A stretch of DNA of 10,456 nt from Candidatus Heimdallarchaeota archaeon (GTDB taxonomy: Archaea; Asgardarchaeota; Heimdallarchaeia; Hodarchaeales; Hodarchaeaceae). Under the pieces are notes generated by a model. That model saw only the letters and a program-made list of their open reading frames with translations. It searched no databases and had not been told where the DNA came from. The DNA is taken from assembly GCA_019057635.1 (NCBI GenBank), contig DXJL01000062.1, forward strand, positions 1 through 10,456, given 5' to 3'. Shown one piece after another: positions 1-5,758 of the stretch. Both the position numbers and the translations under genes were made by a program. Numbering within the stretch: the stretch's first letter is position 1; each line of letters starts with the position of its first letter.

Positions 1-759
1 CAAGGAGAATCTGCAGAGCAAGTAGCAGATAAATATAAATTAACAAGAGAAGATATGGATCATTTCGGCTTGTGGTCACATCAAAAAGCAACAAAAGGAA
101 TGCGAGATAAAAAGGAATATGAAAAAAGGGTGGTTCCAATTGAAGTTGAAATGGAACATCCAGATGGCTCAACTGAGATGAGAACTGTAGCCGAAGATCA
201 GACAACAAGAGAAGTATGTCTTGATGATCCTGACATCGCTTGGGAACAAATGAAAAGCCTAAAGCCTGTTTTTCGTGAAGGTGGCAGAGTAACTGCTGGT
301 AATTCGTCACAAATCTCTGATGGGGCCTCGGCTGTGATGTTGATGGCCCGAGAAAAGGCTGATGAGTTAGGACTCAAACCTCTTGTAAGCATTTTATCAA
401 CAGCGGTTGCTGGGGATGATCCACAATTGATGTTAACTGGACCAATCCCTGCCATGGAACGAGCATTAACAAGAGCGGGAGATTTAACCATAGAAGACAT
501 GCATTGTATAGAACCGAACGAAGCGTTTGCTTCTCCATGCTTGGCTTTTGCAAAGCATTTTGATTATCCCTTCGATGATCCCCGTGTAAATCCTTATGGA
601 GGCGCAATAGCAATTGGTCATCCTATTGGTTCGTCTGGAGTGCAATTTTTTACGAATATGGTTCATTATCTAGTGAATACTAAACAACGTTTTGGCATTC
701 AAACTCTATGCGGCGGTGGGGGTGTTGGTATTGCCACAGTTGTTGAGCGAACTACGTGA
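1..759 (+). CDS. Thiolase (acetyl-CoA acyltransferase family), 5'-truncated by the window edge
   Basis: Frame 1 is open from base 1 (QGESAEQVADKYKLTREDMD...), so the ATG at 55 is internal. Thiolase motifs are present: VTAGNSSQISDGA, NEAF, VNPYGGAIAIGHPIG and C-terminal LCGGGG. TGA stop at 757-759. Confidence 0.95.
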   Translation, partial: QGESAEQVADKYKLTREDMDHFGLWSHQKATKGMRDKKEYEKRVVPIEVEMEHPDGSTEMRTVAEDQTTREVCLDDPDIAWEQMKSLKPVFREGGRVTAGNSSQISDGASAVMLMAREKADELGLKPLVSILSTAVAGDDPQLMLTGPIPAMERALTRAGDLTIEDMHCIEPNEAFASPCLAFAKHFDYPFDDPRVNPYGGAIAIGHPIGSSGVQFFTNMVHYLVNTKQRFGIQTLCGGGGVGIATVVERTT

Positions 760-1043
760 TTCCTTTAGTTTATTGTTTCCTTAATTTCCAATTAAAGAAT
801 GAAAGGTAACATGTACTATCGGTAATCATCCTTCCTTCCTCCTCAAGTTGTTTTAGCAAAGAAAAAATAAGTTATATGACCTTCTAGAATGTAGTATCAA
901 AAGATTCTTGAATTTTATCTAGATTAAAAGGAATTTTGACAAATAAGAGTAAACAACCAACAGTATGTCGGAGAATATTAATATTATTTAGAGTGATGGC
1001 CTTTATCTTCCCCAAATATCTGATAAGGGTAGATTTTGGCAGA

Positions 1044-1050
1044 TATATAA
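1044..1050 (+). promoter_or_regulatory. Candidate TATA box (TATATAA) upstream of the PLP-enzyme operon
   Basis: TATATAA lies about 53 nt upstream of TTG 1103. The background is AT-rich and there is no clear purine-rich BRE, so support is weak. Confidence 0.3.
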
Positions 1051-1090
1051 TTACAGGCAAGAAAATCATTATGACTATTCACTTCGTATT

Positions 1091-1094
1091 GAGG
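1091..1094 (+). promoter_or_regulatory. Shine-Dalgarno-like GAGG before the TTG start at 1103
   Basis: GAGG ends 8 nt before TTG 1103, which favours TTG over the ATG at 1118. Confidence 0.4.
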
Positions 1095-1102
1095 CTGGAA
1101 AC

Positions 1103-2572
1103 TTGATTGACTTAACAATGAATGAAGAAGTTCTAGAACGAGCAGTAAAACGTGCAAGAGAAAGAAATATCCTAATACCAACTTTTGAAGAACAAAAAAA
1201 CCCACATGAAAATGTTCCAGAAATCATTAAAGAAGACTTAAAGAAATTAAGTTTATGGGAAGTAACCCCAAGGAACTTATTTAGAATCACATGGAAAAAT
1301 AACCCTGTTGAGAGAGGTGGAGGATATCAGAAATTAGCAAACTATATTGAACTCCCCCCTGAATTGACAGGTGTCGAAGCAAGAATCATTGCTTTGGTAG
1401 GAAAATGGTTTCCAACAGGAGCACATAAAGTGGGAGCAGCTTTCGGTTGTTTAGTCCCACGCCTTGTTACTGGCCAATTTGATCCAACCAGACAAAAAGC
1501 CGTGTGGCCTAGTACAGGTAACTATTGTAGAGGTGGAGCTTATGATTCAAGTATTCTTGCCTGTGAATCAATTGCGATTTTACCTGAAGAGATGAGTAAA
1601 GAGCGATTTGAATGGCTTAGTACTGTTGCAGGTGAAGTAATCGCCACTCCAGGGAGTGAATCAAATGTCAAAGAAATATACGATAAATGTCACGAATTAA
1701 ACGCAGAGAGAGGGGATGATATTACAATATTCAATCAATTCGATGAATTTGGGAATCATCTATGGCACTACGAAGTAACAGGAAATGCGATTAAGGAAGT
1801 TTTGGACAAAGAAATAGGTGGAGGATCATATAGAGGCTGTTGTTTCACAACTGGAAGTGCTGGAACGCTTGGATCAGGAGATTTCTTGAAAGAACATTAT
1901 CCAACTAGTTTTATAGCAGCAGGAGAATCAGTACAATGTCCTACACTCTATATGAATGGATTTGGCGCCCATCGAATTGAGGGTATCGGAGATAAGCACG
2001 TTCCATGGGTGCATAATGTAAGAAATACTGATTTTATAGTGGCTATTGACGATGTTGATGCGATGAATTGGGTTAGATTATTTAATGAACCTTCAGGCCT
2101 TAAATATCTTCAAAACGATATTGGTGTCCCTGAGAACATCGTTAATCAATTAGACCTCCTAGGAATATCAAGTATGGCTAATGTGCTATTCGCAATCAAA
2201 ATGGCAAAATATTATGAAATGACAAGCAAAGATATCATTGTTACAGTGTTTACTGATTCAATGGAAATGTACCAATCTCGAGTTAAGGAACTTAGGGAAC
2301 AATTCGGCCAGTATGAAAAAATTCATGCCGCCATTGATTATCATCGATCTATTCAGTCGATTAAAACTGATTATGTTCTCGAACTCACATATCTCCAGAA
2401 GAAACGAGTTCACAACCTGAAGTACTTTACTTGGGTTGAGCAACAAGGAAAAACAATGGAAGAGCTGGAACGACAATGGTATGACGATTCGTACTGGCCC
2501 TCTATTCATAAAATGACTCCTCAGCTAGATGAGTTGATTAAACAGTTTAATGCACGAGTCAATTCCCTTTAA
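1103..2572 (+). CDS. Fold-type II PLP-dependent enzyme, cysteine synthase (CysK/CysM)-like with long N- and C-terminal extensions; substrate unknown
   Basis: 489 aa. Motifs: GKWFPTGAHKVG (K109, nt 1427-1429, equivalent to the PLP lysine of NPxGSxKDR), STGNY (TSGNT-like loop), NQFDEFGN..H, TTGSAGT phosphate loop, HRIEGIG and LGISS. Alternative start is ATG 1118. Confidence 0.88.
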   Translation: MIDLTMNEEVLERAVKRARERNILIPTFEEQKNPHENVPEIIKEDLKKLSLWEVTPRNLFRITWKNNPVERGGGYQKLANYIELPPELTGVEARIIALVGKWFPTGAHKVGAAFGCLVPRLVTGQFDPTRQKAVWPSTGNYCRGGAYDSSILACESIAILPEEMSKERFEWLSTVAGEVIATPGSESNVKEIYDKCHELNAERGDDITIFNQFDEFGNHLWHYEVTGNAIKEVLDKEIGGGSYRGCCFTTGSAGTLGSGDFLKEHYPTSFIAAGESVQCPTLYMNGFGAHRIEGIGDKHVPWVHNVRNTDFIVAIDDVDAMNWVRLFNEPSGLKYLQNDIGVPENIVNQLDLLGISSMANVLFAIKMAKYYEMTSKDIIVTVFTDSMEMYQSRVKELREQFGQYEKIHAAIDYHRSIQSIKTDYVLELTYLQKKRVHNLKYFTWVEQQGKTMEELERQWYDDSYWPSIHKMTPQLDELIKQFNARVNSL

Positions 2573-2601
2573 TAAAATGTATAATCCAGAGTGTTACTGT
2601 G

Positions 2602-3879
2602 ATGAACCCAAGACACCAACAATTATATGATTCGACTTTTTCTTGTCCAAAATGTAAAGCTAGAATCAATGAAGAAGATTTCATTAAGAAATATTGTGGA
2701 TGTGGCTACAGATTAAAGATATCATTTGATTATGATGTATTGAAGGAAGTCGTCACAAAAGAAAAACTCGAGAAAAGACCATTCAATCATGAACGCTATG
2801 TAGAATTTTACCCATTAAAAGATCCAGATAATTTGATCAAATTGGGGACTGGAGGGACACCTTTTGTTAAAGCTAATAAAATTGCTAAGAAAATTGGTGT
2901 AAAGAATCTTTTTCTTAAAATCGAATCAGTAAATCCCTCTGGAAGTTTTAAAGATCGGCCTATTTCTGTAGGCGTCTCGAAAGCAAGGGAACTTGGTTCG
3001 ACAACCGTTACAGCAGCATCTAGTGGAAATGCAGCAGCTGCCTTAGCAACTTTTGCAGCCCGATCAGGAATGGACGCAGTAGTGTTCGTACCTGAACATG
3101 CTCCTCGGGGAAAAATAGCACAATTAACTTTTCTCGGAGCTAAAGTTGTAAGGGTATCAGTTGTGAAAGAAGGAGAAGATCCAACCGTAAATTTATTTAA
3201 AAAAGCATACCAAGAATATAATTGGACTCCTAGTCCTTCATTTGGACCATTCAACCCATTTCAGTTCGAGGGAACAAAAAGTTTAGGGTTTGAAATTTGT
3301 GAACAAAGCAACTGGCAAGTACCTGATTGGGTTCTGTGTAATACTGGGAGCGGGGGCCTTCTAGCAGGAACGTTTCAAGGATTTTTTGAATTCCAACAAC
3401 TGGATTTCATTGATAAACTACCAAAAATGGTAGCAGTACAACCGGCTGAGTGCGCACCCATAGTTGAGTCATTTAAAAAGAAAGTTAAACCATTAAACTT
3501 CATAGATTGGACTAAAACTCCAAATACAATTGCTGGGGGTTTAGCTGATCCCCATCCTTGGGATGGTAATGAAGCACTTGAGGCTATTTATGAAAGCAAG
3601 GGTACAGCAGTAGCGGTAAAAGAAGCTGATATATTGCGAACTCAACGCTGGTTAGCAGCTGATGAAGGGATTTTTGGTGAACCTTCAGGAACAGCAGCAT
3701 TGGCTGGATTAGAAATGCTAGTAAATGATGGAACTATTGATCCATCTGATTTCATTGCACTTCCTATAACTGGGACGGGTTTTAAGGATCCTGAAGTCGT
3801 TTTCGAAACCGTAACAGTGTTTGATGCAATCCCCCCCGATTTGAATAGGCTAAAAAAACTCTTAGAACGAATGGAATAG
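2602..3879 (+). CDS. thrC: Threonine synthase-like PLP enzyme with N-terminal Zn-ribbon
   Basis: N-terminal CPKC...YCGCG. Motifs: LGTGGTP, LKIESVNPSGSFKDR, ASSGNAA, NPFQFEGTKS, TGSGG, EPSGTAALAG and ITGTGFKD. Start is ATG 2602 or the adjacent GTG 2599, 26-29 nt after the upstream stop (likely operon). The family is clear but the true substrate is not. Confidence 0.85.
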   Translation: MNPRHQQLYDSTFSCPKCKARINEEDFIKKYCGCGYRLKISFDYDVLKEVVTKEKLEKRPFNHERYVEFYPLKDPDNLIKLGTGGTPFVKANKIAKKIGVKNLFLKIESVNPSGSFKDRPISVGVSKARELGSTTVTAASSGNAAAALATFAARSGMDAVVFVPEHAPRGKIAQLTFLGAKVVRVSVVKEGEDPTVNLFKKAYQEYNWTPSPSFGPFNPFQFEGTKSLGFEICEQSNWQVPDWVLCNTGSGGLLAGTFQGFFEFQQLDFIDKLPKMVAVQPAECAPIVESFKKKVKPLNFIDWTKTPNTIAGGLADPHPWDGNEALEAIYESKGTAVAVKEADILRTQRWLAADEGIFGEPSGTAALAGLEMLVNDGTIDPSDFIALPITGTGFKDPEVVFETVTVFDAIPPDLNRLKKLLERME

Positions 3880-3998
3880 TAACTTATAGTTATGTAGATT
3901 CCCTCTTTAATGACAATACTGGTCTTTTGGGTAAATAGCAGCCAACAATAATTCTTTCAAACAAAGTAATTATTCCCTTCAATCGTGCGGATTTATCT

Positions 3999-4586
3999 GT
4001 GATTTCGATTTCAAAGCTTAAAGAGCTTCTATCCATGGGTGGAGCAGGTGGAATAGCGAGACGCTATATGGTTATGAATTCCTTTGATGGATCATTAACT
4101 GCGTTGGGAATTATACTTGGATCTTTATTAGCAGATGTTAAAGAACCTTCAACGATTCTGTTAGCGGGTCTTGGTGCTAGTATTGCAATGGGTGTCAGCG
4201 GAGGTTTTGGTGCATATCTTACAGAGATGGCTGTTAAAAAACAGGAAATGGCAGAAAAAGAAAAAGCTATGTTAGAGGAATTAAATGACACTGTGCATGA
4301 TCAGGCAGCTCAGGTATCTTCAATATTCGTAGCTATTGTTGATGGTATAAGTCCATTTATAGCAGCATCAATTAGCTTTATGCCTTACTTCTTTGCTCCA
4401 CTCTTAGACCTAGATATTGGGGTGGCATATATCTCCTCAATTGTATTAACAGCTATTGCCTTATTCATCTTGGGCGCTTATTTAGGGGTTATATCTGATG
4501 AAAATAAAGTGTTATACGGCCTCAGAATGGTTGTGGCTGGAGTTGTGACCGGAATTTTGGTCATGCTCTTGGAATTTGTAGTATAA
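3999..4586 (+). CDS. VIT1/CCC1 family (Fe2+/Mn2+ transporter-like) membrane protein
   Basis: 195 aa with about 5 hydrophobic segments. RRYMVMNSFDG TM1 motif, SIAMGVSGGFGAYLTE TM2 motif, and a short Glu-rich cytoplasmic helix. Start is GTG 3999 (ATG 4035 is an alternative). Confidence 0.85.
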   Translation: MISISKLKELLSMGGAGGIARRYMVMNSFDGSLTALGIILGSLLADVKEPSTILLAGLGASIAMGVSGGFGAYLTEMAVKKQEMAEKEKAMLEELNDTVHDQAAQVSSIFVAIVDGISPFIAASISFMPYFFAPLLDLDIGVAYISSIVLTAIALFILGAYLGVISDENKVLYGLRMVVAGVVTGILVMLLEFVV

Positions 4587-4672
4587 GTAAGAGATTATTC
4601 TTTTCAAATCAGCCCTTAAAAAAGGAGAAAGAAGAAGATTACTCTATAATGAAAAAACTGAAATAATTCCAG
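4587..4672. terminator. Convergent intergenic region with T-tracts (archaeal-type intrinsic termination)
   Basis: TTCTTTT follows the VIT1 gene on +. A6 runs near 4618-4623 and 4652-4657 read as T6 tracts downstream of the LLM gene on -. No strong GC hairpin. Confidence 0.35.
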
Positions 4673-5695
4673 TTATTTTGGAGCAAACGTATCAATCATC
4701 AACTTAACGTCATCTGAGAGTTGATAGAGAATTGGACATGTGCAACCATTATTAACCCATTGTTGAACACGATCGTAACACTCATCAGGAGTCCCACTTG
4801 CCGTTATCTTCTGAACAATTTCATCAGGAATATGTCTCATAGCTTTTCTGATTTGTTCTTTTGTAGCTGGCCACGTGAGTTCCGCATGGATTTTGTCTAG
4901 AATATCTTGAGGCATTTTACTCGCTTTCATTAAATGAGGTTGCTGTCCCATATATTGAGTGAGGAGTTCACGAGCTGCATCTAATGCCTTATCTCGATCA
5001 GGATCCATAGAGCAAACAATGAGCTGAGGCCGATCAATATCATCTATAGATCCTCCACCACGTTTCGCTCCAATCTCAAGATGTTTTAAAGCAGTCTTAT
5101 TGTAATCGGGCGTTACCATATAATTTAATACCACTCCATCTGCAAGTTTTTGTGCACAGAGTTCTCCCGTTAGTTCCATCATTTTCATTCCAGTTGCTCC
5201 AATATAAATGGGAACTTCTCTGGGTTTATCAGGATCTCCATGTACTATATCTAGGGTAATTCCATCAACTTTTACAAATTCTCCATTAAATGTGACGGTT
5301 TCCATATTAAATAGTCTTTTTAACACAGTTACATATTCTTTCATACGTTTTAACGGCTTTGTCCTAGGTGTTCCAACCTTACTTGCCAGTGGTTCCCACC
5401 ATGCTCCAATTCCACAGATAAATCTACCAGGAGCCATTTGATCCATCGTTGAAAATGTAGCAGCAACTGCAGGAGCCACTGTAACTAAATTATTTATAAC
5501 TCCAGAACCTAGCTTAATTTTGTTGGTTACTGCAGCCATCGCTGCCATTGGTACTGATGCTACTCTAGCTAATCGACTTTCTGCCTGCCAAATTGCTTCA
5601 AATTCTTTTTCTTCAGCATATTTAGCAAATTCCATCGACTCAGGTATACTGTGTTTATCTTGTAGGTAAATTGCTACACGTTTATAGTTACTCAA
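4673..5695 (-). CDS. LLM-class (luciferase-like) oxidoreductase, Mer-like, possibly F420-dependent
   Basis: 340 aa. [64 protein letters not shown] and ASGTPDEC are typical of LLM/Mer TIM barrels. TTG start with a strong GGAGGA RBS. Confidence 0.9.
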   Translation of the reverse strand: MSNYKRVAIYLQDKHSIPESMEFAKYAEEKEFEAIWQAESRLARVASVPMAAMAAVTNKIKLGSGVINNLVTVAPAVAATFSTMDQMAPGRFICGIGAWWEPLASKVGTPRTKPLKRMKEYVTVLKRLFNMETVTFNGEFVKVDGITLDIVHGDPDKPREVPIYIGATGMKMMELTGELCAQKLADGVVLNYMVTPDYNKTALKHLEIGAKRGGGSIDDIDRPQLIVCSMDPDRDKALDAARELLTQYMGQQPHLMKASKMPQDILDKIHAELTWPATKEQIRKAMRHIPDEIVQKITASGTPDECYDRVQQWVNNGCTCPILYQLSDDVKLMIDTFAPK

Positions 5696-5704
5696 TACTC
5701 AAAA

Positions 5705-5711
5705 TCCTCCT
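5705..5711 (-). promoter_or_regulatory. Shine-Dalgarno site AGGAGGA for the LLM gene
   Basis: Reverse complement of TCCTCCT, 9 nt upstream of the TTG start at 5695. Confidence 0.7.
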
Positions 5712-5758
5712 ATATCTGAATAAATTCGAAAATTCTTCTTTACCAAAAAACTTTGTCA

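Noticed and set aside
198-666. Three minus-strand ORFs (198-500, 374-613, 484-666)
   Set aside because: Antisense shadows of the thiolase with no motifs.
757-759. Selenocysteine or pyrrolysine read-through at TGA/TAG stops (757, 3877, 5759, 8318, 9160)
   Set aside because: Each protein looks complete at its stop, further in-frame stops follow closely, and no SECIS-like hairpin was recognised.
826-844. Short TCC/TTCC microrepeat downstream of the thiolase
   Set aside because: Too short to call a repeat. At most it is a pyrimidine tract associated with termination.
991-1040. Resemblance to a fluoride (crcB) riboswitch (GATGG...CTGATA)
   Set aside because: It lacks the P1 closing stem, the AAC linker and the matching GA-NNN-CUAC pseudoknot arm, and the downstream gene is unrelated.
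884-1290. Minus-strand ORFs 884-1069, 984-1205 and 1075-1290
   Set aside because: Low-complexity L/I/F-rich translations of AT-rich DNA. Two overlap the PLP gene, and none has a recognisable family or RBS.
2238-5441. Internal or antisense ORFs 2238-2420, 2258-2509, 2808-3254, 4064-4291 and 5208-5441
   Set aside because: Each is fully nested within a well-supported CDS and has typical shadow-frame composition.
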